From Octopus bimaculoides (taxonomy: Eukaryota), in assembly GCF_001194135.2 (NCBI RefSeq), contig NC_068990.1, positions 63,677,771 to 63,739,847 of the forward strand: a stretch of DNA of 62,077 nucleotides. Reading direction: 5' to 3'. This document shows positions 24,906-37,755 of this stretch, one piece after another. A model generated the notes under the pieces. The model saw nothing but the letters and a program-made list of their open reading frames with translations. It ran no database searches and was not told the DNA's origin. The position numbers and the translations under genes were made by a program. Positions within the stretch are counted from its first letter, which is position 1. Every line of letters starts with the position of its first letter.

Positions 24906-25012
24906 TTTAACTTTATTACTTTGATATATATATATATATATATTAAATTGAGAAAAAGAGAAATTCAAATTGATATTACGATCGTTTCAGTTCCGTATCA
25001 CATATGTAGATA

Positions 25013-25025
25013 AATAGATAGATAA

Positions 25026-25090
<65 letters not shown>
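25013..25090. repeat. (GATA)n microsatellite
   Basis: Directly visible. Confidence 0.95.
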
Positions 25091-25092
<2 letters not shown>

Positions 25093-25831
25093 TACATACA
25101 TACATACATACATGCTAATATCGAATGACTGTGACAATGAATGTTCAACATTGCATTAGTGGATAAAAATCCTTTATTTGTGGGTTGATGAGGTTACCAA
25201 TCACTTCATGTAAAGAGGGACCTCTTTACAATTTTCAAGCCTATCGCATGAGAACATTGGTACTCGCCCCCATGACGTATTTCTGTACTAAATCGAAACA
25301 GAATTTTGCTGTTGTTTATCATATAAATTTACTCAAGAACAAGGTATACAGGTATCAGGCTAATTTCAAGGTACTTCATCGCTGAGGTAGATGAAAGTAA
25401 CAATAAACCATCAAGTCCTTGCCTCCAGGAAACGAGATCTTCAGATCCTCGCGGTTTCGATTGTAATGTAGGTCACATGGAACTTGAAGTCAATTGGCTG
25501 TAAAATTACCGAAGTAAATGAGATCTCACAGGCACATGTGTGATCTTTACATTGAAGTAATGTTGTTAAAACAAAGATCTAACATTCACATAGAACTTGA
25601 GACTTTTAGTTTCTAGATTATCCATAGGAATGGATAACTCACAATTACACGGAAATATAAAATTACTCTTGCGAAGATTTATCTCGGTACATTAAACCAA
25701 CTGATGTGTTCGTTAGCAACAACAGTCTATTGCCCAAATTGTGTGCATTATATTCTAGTTTGCCTTCCCCTCTCATTCCAATATATTTTTGTTATTCATT
25801 CGAAATGAAGTTCTTAACATTTCTACTGACT

Positions 25832-26241
25832 AAGGCGGCGAGCTGGCAGAAACGTTAGCACGCCGGGCGCAATGCTTAGCGGTATTTCGTCTGTCTTTAC
25901 GTTCTGAGTTCAAATTCCGCCAAGGTCGGCTTTGCCTTTCATCCTTTCGGGGTCAACAAATTAAGTACCAGTTGCGTACTGGGGTCGATCTAATCGACTG
26001 GCCCCTCCCCAAACATTTCGAGCCTTGTACCTAGGGTAGGAAAGAATCGTTACTGCACCAGGGAAAATGCTTAGTGGCATTTCGTCCGTTTGTACATTCT
26101 GAGTTCAAATTCCGCCGCGGTCAACTTTGTCTTTCATCTTTTTGGAATCAATAAAATAAGTACCAGTTGATCACTGGGGTCGACATAATCCACATATTCC
26201 CTTCCCCGAAATTGCTTGTCTTGTACTAAAATTTGGAACCT
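25832..26241 (+). mobile_element. Tandem dimer of SINE family B (young full unit plus head-truncated older unit)
   Basis: Two consecutive units; flanked by acatttctactgact / acatttatactgact. Confidence 0.88.
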
Positions 26242-27060
26242 ACATTTATACTGACTCCTTGCTGTGTTTTCCCAGACTGATTTTTATATTGGAAAAGAGG
26301 TTTTACAACTTTTGTAGTTATAGTTGTTACTATTATCAATGGTGGCTATGGTACGTCTCTTTGATGAAGAACACTGGATCAACTAAATCTATTTTACTTT
26401 CGTTCCCATGAATCAATGATACATCAGTCGATAATATTGATATCAGTAATATTGTGTTCATAAGTTAATCAGCAAAAAAGCAGCAGTGCCCAACCGTTTC
26501 TAGGGCCTTGCAGATTGAAGACATTGGTGCAATTAATGTTACGCTTGGCGTCCGAAGTAAAACAAAAAGTGGGTGATGACGTAATTCAATGAAGCCTCCT
26601 CGTGAAGTTCTGGGGAATAAAGAATGAGTTAAATGTTTAGTGTAAAAGATCTGAAGGATGAGGCACAGTAAGAATGTCTAAGAAGAAAAATAGGTGAAAA
26701 ACGTAAGCCTGGATGGTGGGGATTAATCAAAATACTTATGCTTCTGATATATTGATAATAGAAGTGAAGATAATAAATAGCCTATGTGTATGAGCTAATG
26801 GTCGAAGCTTGTTAGAGACTGAATGTTTTCCAATTTATTGATCGAATTACTTTTGGATTTGGTTTTGCATGCTTGATGTGTGTAGCAGTAGCAGTATCTT
26901 ATTGATATGAACTTACTCCGCTGTAGGTCTTTCTTGAGTGCTGGAAATAGTCACAACTGATCAGCGTTGAAGTATTTTCTGGATCTTCAAACAAATTCTA
27001 GTTTTTGGACATCAATTTGACTGTGTTGCCTGTGAACGGGGATGTGAGCGGCAATGGAGT

Positions 27061-27385
27061 AGTGGAGGCGCGTGGGTCAGTGGTTAGGGTATACGTCTCG
27101 CCGTCGTAAGTTCTTGAGTTCGACTCCTGGCGGCGCATTGTGTCCTTGAGCAAAGCACTTTATATCACGTTACTCCAGTTCACTCAGCTGACAAAAATGA
27201 GTAGTAATTGTAATTTAAAGGGCTAGCCTTGTCATATTTTGTGTCCCGCTGAATCTCCCTGGGAACTACATTAAGGGTAAGCATGTATATGAAGTACTCA
27301 CCCCCTTGCACATTGATTTCACGAGCTAGCTGTTCCATTGATCAGATCAACTGGAACACTTGTCGTCATAACCGACGGAGTGCCA
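27061..27385 (+). mobile_element. tRNA-derived SINE family C (CORE-like central motif)
   Basis: A box tgggtcagtgg, B box gttcgactcc, then tgtgtccttgagcaaagcacttta...ctccagttcactcagctg; homologous to 44598-44713. Confidence 0.8.
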
Positions 27386-29666
27386 TTTGGTTAAATATTG
27401 AGTTAAGAGATGGTTGTTTCGTTATGAAATTGAAGTAATTATTAAATTCAGTACATACTTTGATTAGATGAACTCGGGATTCAATCAAAAATGTACGGAC
27501 CAGTCTAGAAGACTTCGGGTGGATTGAACAAAATAGGACCAAAACAATATAATAGTTCAAAGAACAGTTTGTATTTTGAAAGTTAGGAAGATAGCTTATT
27601 TGTGTTTGGGGAAGGAGAGATATAAAACTGAATCATAATTCATATATTCGGTAAAGAAACCAATCCCTTGTATATTGGCAACTGTTTGGCATATCTACAC
27701 GGACCAGGTATGAACAACGTGTGGTTTGAAACAGACAGTGAATTCGCATTCTTTACCGTATCTGTGATATACTCAAATGTAACAACTAATATCCCTGTAG
27801 AATTCATTTTGTGCTTATGGAATTTTTAGGTATCACAGCCAAATCAAGGGCGCCTGAAAACCATCCACCAAACCAGGAAGTTACTCTGCTCATTCTCTGC
27901 TCTAATCATTTATTCGATAGCGTACAATTCATTATGGAGTCTACACAGGAGTCATGAATAAGGAAGGGAAAGGTACTAAGCTGGAGACTATAATTATAGA
28001 ACATGCAAAAGAAAGGCTATTGCTTCGGAAACTAATAAAAGGAAAAAGGAAAACACAACCGAATTGATAGAGCTTTTCATTTGAAAATTGTACCTAAGAG
28101 AGACAGATTAGTTCAAGTAAACACATTTTTAAAAGTATTTTAAGCATCAAGAATTCAATGATTTTAAAGATAGACTGTAATTCCAGGCACGACATGGTGT
28201 TGTTTCTTTCAAATAAAATTGATAAGACAAATACGTACAAAGGATTCATAAATTTCGAAGCGTATAGTTGCTGTTTTATAAATTGTTTCACGGATAGAAA
28301 ATTTGAAAATTTACTCTTTACTTGGAATGATGAAAATATATCTTGTTGACATATCTTAAGTAAAGCATTAAATTAAAAGTATTAGTGGTGGTTTAGTGGC
28401 GAGCAAAATGTTGGTAGAGAAATGATAAACCAGTAAAGTATACAAGAAACTGGAATGAAGAGAGTAGGATTGATGTGATGCAGTCAGAAGGATAACTGAA
28501 AGCAAAACGATCGACTCGGCAGATATTCTGTAAACAAAACTACATTTGAACTCTTTTCGTACTTTACTTCTTTAACATACAATCATAACTAGCTTAGTAA
28601 GAAGGAAACCAATAGTGGTATCTTAGACAGATAAAGAAATAAATTACATCAAATACATATCAACCGCACAAAAACAAAATCCTTCGCTTGATATAAACCT
28701 TCTGTCCCTACTCATTATAATTCTTTTCACGAAATCTAGACATTGTCTCTCTTTACTTTCACTGTTATGAACATTGGGAGCCACCTGTGCCGGGTAACCA
28801 AAATTTATTTTACAATATCAATATTTGATTGTATCTCTTGGCCAGACGCTTATCATGTTTAATCTGTGGGATTAAAGGATTTGTTGTGGATTTAACAAAG
28901 ATTTATAATGTTTACTTTCTTCAGTGTTTATCTCATATGATATATTTTCTCTTCTCTTTATACACTACAATTACTGGTTGTGTTGTTGTGCAGAACTTAT
29001 CTCAAATTCCAATGAGCCTTTTAACAAGTTATTTTTAGGTGTGAGTGTAACTACATCAAAACTTGCGAACGAAATTGTCTGATATACGGCGTCTTCGTGA
29101 CTCATAACAATGAACTTATATTCACGTCGAACCTATTTCATCTTTATAGATCAGACCTTTGAGGGCTGGAGTCATCGAGTGAATACATTCAAACCATCGA
29201 TTGTTTAACCACTTAATTGAATCGCATTTTTTTCTGCTGCTATGTCTTGTATCTGTCATAAATGTCTGTCATTTATGCTCACATTTCCGAACATATATCG
29301 CCTTCATTAGACGTAGGGTGGCCGAATAATTAAAAGAATTCGCACCGCAATCATGTGGTCTTTAGTTCAATTTTACTGCTTGGTATCTTGGGCAAGTGGT
29401 TTTTACTTTAGCTTCAGGTTTTTCCAAACATCGTGAATGGAGTTGGATAAATGGAAAGCGTGTGGATGCATATCGAATGGAGTGCACCTCTAATCCAAAC
29501 ACATGGTACCACGTTAATATGATGGGTGCGTAGTACACAGTAACTTCACGTTAATTCAATTCGGCAGATGATTGGATCAGAAAACTGAACATTCATTGTT
29601 GAAGCCGATGAGAATCAATCCTCTAACCATATCTTTGTTATACAGTTCTGATATATATTTCATATA

Positions 29667-30214
29667 CAGGATGTCCATAAATTACCTCCACAATTTGAAA
29701 AATTCAGAATTTAAAAAAAAAAAGGAAAAAATAAAGATAACTCAGTAGAGCTTATTGGAAAAAACATTGACAAACAAAGCTTTATAAGAAACATCAGAAC
29801 CCTTCCATGTGAACTCCATTAGTTGCACGCATCACGTTTAGATGATGCTTAATTTCTGACCATGTTTTTTCGGAGCATCCCCTCATCAATATTGAATATG
29901 GCTTGACGTATTTTTTCCTTGAGATCATTGAGGTTTTGAACTTTTGTACGATAGACTGTAAACGCATACGAAAAAGTCTAGAGAGTGAACTAGGTGTCCA
30001 GGGAACTGAACCGCCTCTCTCAATCCAACGATCTGAGAAAGTTTCATTATGAAACTCTCGAACATTCAACCACTGATGGAGCGCTGCACCATCTTGTTTA
30101 ATAATATCGGTTTAATAAAATATATTTAACATGCAGAGAATTTGGTTGATGGATCTCAACTTTAATAGATACAATATATTGTGGAAGTTGTGAAGATAAT
30201 TTATGGACACGTTG
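29667..30214 (-). mobile_element. Internally deleted Tc1/mariner element (DUF4817-type family), C-terminal part with both TIRs
   Basis: ta|caggatgtccataaattacctccacaa versus ttgtgaagataatttatggacacgttg; translation VREFHNETFSDRWIERGGSVPWTP. Confidence 0.75.
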
Positions 30215-30647
30215 TCTTATATATCTGATATGTGTTTATCGCTGCTCAAATATCTTAGTGAGAGTTGTCTTTAGGCGTATTAAGATAACCTACATTCTCA
30301 TTCTGAAGTGTTCCTATAATTGGAATATACTAGTTTACTAATTTATTAATAATACTAGTTATCTGTTTTACGTCATATTCACTGAAATTTTACTTTCATG
30401 CAAATAAATTTTGACTTTTATCAAAATAACTTACACATAAAGAAGCAAATTGACATGGTTACATGGAACTGGAATGAGGCAGCACGATGTTTCTGTTTTC
30501 TTAATAGTATTAGTAACGAAAGTTATATTTAAATGAAGCCAAAAGAAGTAGGTTGTAGGCAGAAAAGTTCATTTTGAAAGACATTTGGTTGATATTTCTA
30601 GCAGGTCAAGGCACATTCGTTGAATTCCATTGAAATGAAATATACGT

Positions 30648-30653
30648 GTGTGT

Positions 30654-30724
<71 letters not shown>

Positions 30725-30736
30725 TGTGTCTGTGTC

Positions 30737-30767
<31 letters not shown>

Positions 30768-30770
30768 ACA
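30648..30770. repeat. (TG)n/(TA)n microsatellite
   Basis: Directly visible. Confidence 0.95.
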
Positions 30771-31351
30771 GATGAATATGAAATGTAACTTCACTTTCTA
30801 ATATATTATTATCTATGATTAAGACCGGCACTACTCTGTCGGTCTGTTTGTCTTCATTGCTGTAGAAAACTAAAGGCAATACGCATTATCTGGCTTATAT
30901 CACCTGATAAATATTTTTAAATTGTAACTTATATCATCTACAGGAGAGAATTTCTTAAATAATTCTGTAATGTCATTGGTTTAACTGCGGGTCTACCATG
31001 TTCAATATGTGTTCTCGTAATTATGAGGACATCTGAACTACGACATACTCGATGTCATTTTAGGTTGTTCATATTATTACAAGGTTAGTAAAAAAGGACA
31101 GAGAGAGAAAGAGAGAGATAGAGAGAGCGGGGTGATCTTTAAAATGCTACGAATCTTTACCACAAAACTTGCAATTGGATCAAATGTAATTTGTTCAATA
31201 ACTTTATTGATGATTGAATTTAATGCTATACAGAGAAATTAGAGGAGAAATTTAATTTGCACTGAAAACAATAACGGCTTAATAAATTCACATAATCCTT
31301 CGATTTAACTTTTAACTAAACATAGATTCATATGTGTGCGTGAGTGTGTGT

Positions 31352-31382
<31 letters not shown>

Positions 31383-31505
31383 GGGAAGAGAGAAAGAGAA
31401 ACAGAGACAGAGACAATGAACCTGATATATATTTAAATTCATGTTCAAATTTACACATATAGTCTATATGCGTGTATGTCTCTAGGTGTGTGTATATGTG
31501 TGTGC

Positions 31506-31506
<1 letters not shown>

Positions 31507-31569
<63 letters not shown>

Positions 31570-31606
31570 NNNNNNNNNNGAGGAGGAGGAGGAGGAGGAG
31601 GAGGAA
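31507..31606. repeat. (TAG)n and (GAG)n trinucleotide arrays split by a gap
   Basis: Directly visible. Confidence 0.95.
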
Positions 31607-32338
31607 GAGCCCTCACACCTACACTCTCCGTCTAGCTCTTTCTCCTATACATATGTAGACACATACCACATCACTCTATTTCAATATGTATGTTGAGATG
31701 AGGGCCGAAAATGTTCGTCTTATGCTTTACATTTTATTTCATTTTTCGTAATATAAAAGTCATTTTCGTTTGAAGGTGAAAATATATTTCATTGTTAATA
31801 TTTCAAAATAGAAACGGCGAATAAGAAAAAAATCCTGTTCGCTTTGGTACAATTCAGTAAGAGGAAAACATATGAAAATGATGATTCATCCATTAAAAAT
31901 GTTGTATCTATTAAAAGATTTGCAAACATCTGTTTATTAAGAATCACCATTATTCGAGTGGTATGCCAAAAGCTACCCTCTTTAATATAACATAAACCTC
32001 TTATAACTCTTCTGGGATAGTTGAAGCACTTTTGAATGCTTTGATGTGCATTTAACATAAAGGAATCCAGCCATCTTCATGCTTTTAACAATAACGTTAA
32101 GATGTGGCCCAGAACCAGTTGACACAAAAGCGTAATTAAAGTGAAAATGTTTCAATTAGGAATCATGTCTGGATTACTGACCCAATTCACAGAGAATACA
32201 CTGCAATATTATGGCAGTCATCGAAGAATTTATTATAAAAGTGATAAAACCGTACCCAAAATGAACGGAAAGCTGTACTTTCAGAGGTTTACCCTGATTT
32301 TGTATGACTGAAAATAGAACATCAAACTTCTGACTTTA

Positions 32339-32556
32339 TTTTTTTCTACTCTAGGTACAAGGCCCGAAATTTTGAGGGAGGTGGGGCCAGTCGATTAGAT
32401 TGACTCCAGGACGCAACTGGTACTTAACTTATCGAACCCTAAAGGATGAAAGGCAAAGTGGACCTCGGTGGAATTTGAACTGGGAACGTAAAGACAGACG
32501 AAATACCGTTAAGCCTTTCGCCCGGAGTGTTAACGTTTCTGCCAGCTCTCCGCCTT
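32339..32556 (-). mobile_element. SINE family B, full length with 15-bp TSD
   Basis: TSD aaacttctgacttta at 32324-32338 and 32557-32571. Confidence 0.92.
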
Positions 32557-32762
32557 AAACTTCTGACTTTACTATATCAGTATAAGACATGATTCATCAA
32601 AATTCAACTATAAAGTATACCAGAAATCCCTTGGTGAAAACTTCAAGCTACTATCTATTTCGATGATTATAAATGTAATATATTTTACTGAAGGAGGGTT
32701 TTATCCCTATCGTTATCACATAACGCCTTACTATATTCACCAAACTGATAACTTTATATAAT

Positions 32763-32960
32763 CCTTTCTACTATAGGCACAAGGTCTGAAATTTCGAGGG
32801 AGGGTACTAGTCGATCACATCGACCCCAGTGCTGAACTGGTACTTATTTTATCGATCCCGAAAAGATGAAAGGCAAAGTCGACCCCGGCGGAATTTGAAC
32901 TTAGAACGAAATGCCGCTAAGCATTTCGCCCGGCGTGCTAGCGATTCAGCAAGCTCACTG
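32763..32960 (-). mobile_element. SINE family B with 12-bp TSD
   Basis: TSD actttatataat at 32751-32762 and 32961-32972. Confidence 0.9.
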
Positions 32961-33039
32961 ACTTTATATAATGACATTATATTTCAATGAATGTTTCCCA
33001 AAAGGTAGAAAACCTTTATATCTCTACATTTCCATTCGT

Positions 33040-33190
33040 TCTTAAGTTCTGAGTTCAAATTCCGCCGAGATCAACTTTGCCTTCCATCCTTTCGGGGTCG
33101 ATAAAATAAGCACCAGTTAAGCACTGGTATCAATGTAATCGACTTGCGCCTTCCCAAAAAGACCGCTGGCCTTGTACCAAAATTTTAAAC
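33040..33190 (+). mobile_element. SINE family B, 5'-truncated
   Basis: gttctgagttcaaattccgccgag...cctttcggggtcgataaaataag...ggccttgtaccaaaatt. Confidence 0.88.
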
Positions 33191-33207
33191 TAATATTTCT
33201 ATTTTCC

Positions 33208-33415
33208 TTAAGGCGTCGAGCTGGCAGAATTTTTAGCACGCCAGGCAAAATGCTTAGCTGTATTTCGTCTGTCTGAACATGCAAATTCAGCCAGGGTCGA
33301 TTTTGCCTTTCATCTCTTTCTGGACCAATAAAGTAATTACTAGTTATACACTGGGTTCGATGTAATCGACTTATCCCTGCACTACAACTGCTGGCCTTGT
33401 GTGAAAACTTGAAAT
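33208..33415 (+). mobile_element. SINE family B
   Basis: taaggcgtcgagctggcagaa...gcttagc...actgggttcgatgtaatcgact...ggccttgtg. Confidence 0.85.
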
Positions 33416-33721
33416 TAATATTTCAATATGCCTAACAGATATACTCCATTTGTTATTCAGAGTATTAAAGAACATAGGTATTTCAAGCAGAGACTGTCAA
33501 TAAGTACCCTTTACCCTTCGGAAGTTGTCTATTGTTATAGTTGTAATATTCCAAGGCAATGCGCATTTCATAAACAAAACCAATTCAATAATGCTGTTTA
33601 TATTAAATCGTTTTCTGGTACATATTTATAACTAAGCCGACTTTGTGTGTTCTCAATGATGTTCTGTGACTCTATAAGTGTGTGTGCGCGCACGTTGGTG
33701 GGGGGGATGTGTGTGTGTTCC

Positions 33722-34180
33722 TGTCTTATATTTGTTTCAGTCATTAGACTGCAGCCATGCTGGGGCACCGCCTTGAAGAATTTTTAGTCGAATGAATCGA
33801 CCCCAATACTTATTTTTTTAAAGCCTGGTACTTATTCTATCGGTGTCTTGTGCCGAACCGCTGATTTACGTGGATGTAAACACATCAGCATTGGTTGTCA
33901 GCTTGTGGTGGAGGGGATAAGCATGGATACAAAGACACTCACGCACAGGTATATGTATATAGATATATATATGCACACACACATACATACATACATACAT
34001 ACATACATACATACATACATACATACATGTGTGTGTGTGTACGTATATACGACGAGCTTCTTTCAGTTTCCGTCTACCAAATCCATTCAAAAGGCTTTGG
34101 TTGGCCCAAGGCAGAAGACACTTGTGTTAAGTGTCATGCAGTGGGACTAAGCTTCTTACCACACAGCTACGCCTGTGCCT
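33722..34180 (-). mobile_element. SINE family A, full length with internal (CATA)n microsatellite
   Basis: Head ...cttaccacacagctacgcctgtgcct and tail gtttcagtcattagactgcagccatgctggggcaccgcc. Confidence 0.88.
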
Positions 34181-34199
34181 ATGGTATATTCTTTGCCTT

Positions 34200-35140
34200 G
34201 GAGGCTGCATAAATCGAGATGGTGAACTCGTAATCATAATTTAGAGGATGTCGACCGTATAAGGAATGACCTCCACAAATTCTAAATGGAGCTAAAGCAA
34301 ATATTTTCTTCTTACTCTAATTATGGTGTTGTTAATTATCTGGATGTTAATTATCTAAGTGTCACATCGATAATGGCTTCTACTATCCATATAGAAAACC
34401 AGACGAGTCACTCCACCACATTGAGAAATACTACGACCCTAAGGCCATTACTAAAAACCTAAACAGATGAATATATAGAACCATAACCTGCTGTAATCTC
34501 CCATACAGCATACAGGCTGGTTACATCAATTGCACAAACATTCTTCTTGTTACTCAGTAGAAACTTCTTTCGGAAACAAAAGTAGTAAAGAATTTTCAAT
34601 CTAAATAACCGTCAAACAATCTTATTCAACCACCCAAAACATCGCACAGAACGCAACTTCCTTCAACTTAGTTGAAAGAAGCTGCATTCATCTATCAACT
34701 TTAACTTAGTTCAAGCTGATAGGCGAATTAAGAGCCAATATATTAGATTGTAATTGTATTAATCCGTGAGATTGGCCCTTGGACTCCAAGTGCTAATGAG
34801 AATATACTTACATTATTACAAACCCCTCAAATAAAGAACATTTAGGCCTCACCATAAACAAATTTCAGTGGAGATAGAGCCAACGTCTTCATTTATGTTC
34901 TTAGACATCTGGCAAAGAAGAACACAGCTATCCGATCAAGCTACTCTGGTATTTGAAAGAAACAATTATAAAATATGGTCTATAGTCAAAAATCCTAAGG
35001 CCACACATTTATGGGGAAATGGGAAACAATGTCATCCATGTAGGGATGAAGCTATGCATATCCTCCTTGTAAATTTACAACTTTTAAATTAAAAAAAAAT
35101 CAGAAAAGTGACATGTGGTGTAAAATTTATTGTAGTTCCT
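34200..35140 (+). mobile_element. Decayed Penelope-like element: RT C-terminus, linker and GIY-YIG endonuclease
   Basis: Across frameshifts: DVDRIRNDL, VVNYLDV, FYYPYRKPDESL, QTILFNHP, RNFLQL, CNCINP*DWPLDSKC, KEHLGLT, LWYLKE, WSIVK, KQCHPCRDEAMHILL..LLN. Confidence 0.7.
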
Positions 35141-35389
35141 TGAATTAAAGACTATCTAAAGATCCAAGAAGCCAGTGTATTCAGCAAATGACAGAGGGCT
35201 GTACGGTAGCTTCATTACACACTATTACATAAAATGCCTCATGCACCATAGAAATAAACCAGTGTACAATATCTAAGACCACCTCTGACATATTCTACGC
35301 AACGCTACTAATCGCACTAACTTCGGTTTTTGTCATCACCATCTTTCCAGTCATTACACTGTGTAACGCGGTTTTTGTCATTTGGTAGC

Positions 35390-35530
35390 AATTTCCTATT
35401 TGCTTTCTCCTAAAACGCATGAACAATGGCTAATATTACCTTCAAACTTTGCGTTTGCTACATTTATTCAAACCCCAATGAATCCTTTGGTCCCCAACAA
35501 CTCCTGCTCATGTTAAGGGACATTTGAAAT
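35390..35530. mobile_element. Repeat family D fragment
   Basis: atttcctatttgct...ccttcaaac...ttcaaaccccaatgaatcc...actcctgctcatg matches 16715-16860. Confidence 0.6.
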
Positions 35531-36400
35531 ACTCTAAAAAAATTTATATATATAAAAGTATCTCTGAGACGAGATGGTTTTTTTTTTTTCAGAATTAAGT
35601 AATAATCATGTTGCGTAAGAATTATTAAAACAGCTGTAGGAATGACGCTTTTCTAATACCACGGATATCATTTTCTGCACTCCATTCAAATGTAGTTTGT
35701 TTTCTACCTGCTTTATGTCTCATTTCATTGTTTATACAACATTGTATATGTGCACTTAGCATGTTAATAGAAGTTTAACGCAATAAACAACTATAATGAG
35801 TTCTAATATAATTTGATACTTGTCATGTATACACAACATATGTGTGTGTATGTGTGTGATATATGTATGTATTTATCTATGTATATATGTTTAAACATAC
35901 ATATATTTTTATGAAGATATATATATATATATATATATANNNNNNNNNNNNNNNNNNNNNNNNNNNNNNNNNNNNNNNNNNNNNNNNNNNNNNNNNNNNN
36001 NNNNNNNNNNNNNNNNNNNNNNNNNNNNNNNNNNNNNNNNNNNNNNNNNNNNNNNNNNNNNNNNNNNNNNNNNNNNNNNNNNNNNNNNNNNNNNNNNNNN
36101 NNNNNNNNNNNNNNNNNNNNNNNNNNNNNNNNNNNNNNNNNNNNNNNNNNNNNNNNNNNNNNNNNNNNNNNNNNNNNNNNNNNNNNNNNNNNNNNNNNNN
36201 NNNNNNNNNNNNNNNNNNNNNNNNNNNNNNNNNNNNNNNNNNNNNNNNNNNNNNNNNNNNNNNNNNNNNNNNNNNNNNNNNNNNNNNNNNNNNNNNNNNN
36301 NNNNNNNNNNNNNNNNNNNNNNNNNNNNNNNNNNNNNNNNNNNNNNNNNNNNNNNNNNNNNNNNTGTATATATGTATATATGTATATATGTATATATATA

Positions 36401-37258
36401 CAGAGTGCGGTGAATAAATTGTCGCCTAAATTATGCAAAAGTGAAAATAACACTGACATCTCATTTTAACAGATATATTTACCAAAATTACATTAAAATA
36501 TCTTGAAATACTAAATAGTAAATTTATTCGATAAAATAGCCATTGGTTTCAATAACAGCCTCCAGACGACTTCGGAATCTCCTGCAACTCTTCTTTCTGG
36601 ACGGTGAATGCTGCCATAGTACTTGCTTTCAGTTCATCTTTGATGGTACAAGTTTTGTCGGTCTCTCGCTCAGCTGCGTTCCACACATAATAATCAAGGG
36701 GGTCGAAGTCTGAGGAGTTAGGTGGCCAGATGTTAGGGGTGATGAGGTCACAGAAATTGTCTGACGGTCATGACTGGGATCTCCTTTTGTGACATGGTGC
36801 AGAGTCTTGTTGATAGACATAGAGTCTTCCAGCAGCCAGCTTTTTCACCCAGGGCAGCACTATCTCCTCCAGGCACTTGATGTAGGCCTTTGTGTTGAGT
36901 CTGAGGCCGTGTGGGAAGATGAATGGAGCCATAACGTCACCATCACTAGTGATCACTCCAAACACCATGACGTTTGATTTTTAACACTCTCGGTACATGT
37001 CCTCAGATTGCACTGTCCTCAAATTGATACCCAAACACTCTGAAATGTTCGTATTGGGGCTTCCGGCGCTAATGCCAAGCAGCACAGCATATCGTTTCCA
37101 AATTTATGGCAGTGTGAATTGCGTCATAGTGCTGTTTTTCTCACTGACAGTGTCCAACGGACCCTACTATACTGAGTAGTCGACAAAATCAAAAACAAAC
37201 AATGCGTATTTGCGAAATGAAAAATATAAAATAGCAACTATTTATCCATCGCACCCTG
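36401..37258 (-). mobile_element. Internally deleted DD37D/maT-like element, copy 2
   Basis: ta|cagagtgcggtgaataaattgtcgcc ... tttatccatcgcaccctg|ta; MVFGVITSDGDVMAPFIFPHGLRLNTKAYIKCLEE...YVYQQDSAPCH. Confidence 0.92.
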
Positions 37259-37755
37259 TATATATGCGTGTGTGTATCATATATATATATATATATATAN
37301 NNNNNNNNNNNNNNNNNNNNNNNNNNNNNNNNNNNNNNNNNNNNNNNNNNNNNNNNNNNNNNNNNNNNNNNNNNNNNNNNNNNNNNNNNNNNNNNNNNNN
37401 NNNNNNNNNNNNNNNNNNNNNNNNNNNNNNNNNNNNNNNNNNNNNNNNNNNNNNNNNNNNNNNNNNNNNNNNNNNNNNNNNNNNNNNNNNNNNNNNNNNN
37501 NNNNNNNNNNNNNNNNNNNNNNNNNNNNNNNNNNNNNNNNNNNNNNNNNNNNNNNNNNNNNNNNNNNNNNNNNNNNNNNNNNNNNNNNNNNNNNNNNNNN
37601 NNNNNNNNNNNNNNNNNNNNNNNNNNNNNNNNNNNNNNNNNNNNNNNNNNNNNNNNNNNNNNNNNNNNNNNNNNNNNNNNNNNNNNNNNNNNNNNNNNNN
37701 NNNNNNNNNNNNNNNNNNNNNNNNNNNNNNNNNNNNNNNNNNNNNNNNNNNNNNN

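Noticed and set aside
26917-26984. 68-nt AG...GTAAGT-bounded segment, open in one frame (DPENTSTLISCDYFQHSRKTYSG)
   Set aside because: Weak polypyrimidine tract; such matches are expected by chance in 62 kb; needs RNA-seq.
28830-29080. Possible PLE RT motif A remnant on the minus strand (SFDVVTL..LLKGSLEF)
   Set aside because: One short motif only; too degenerate to support.
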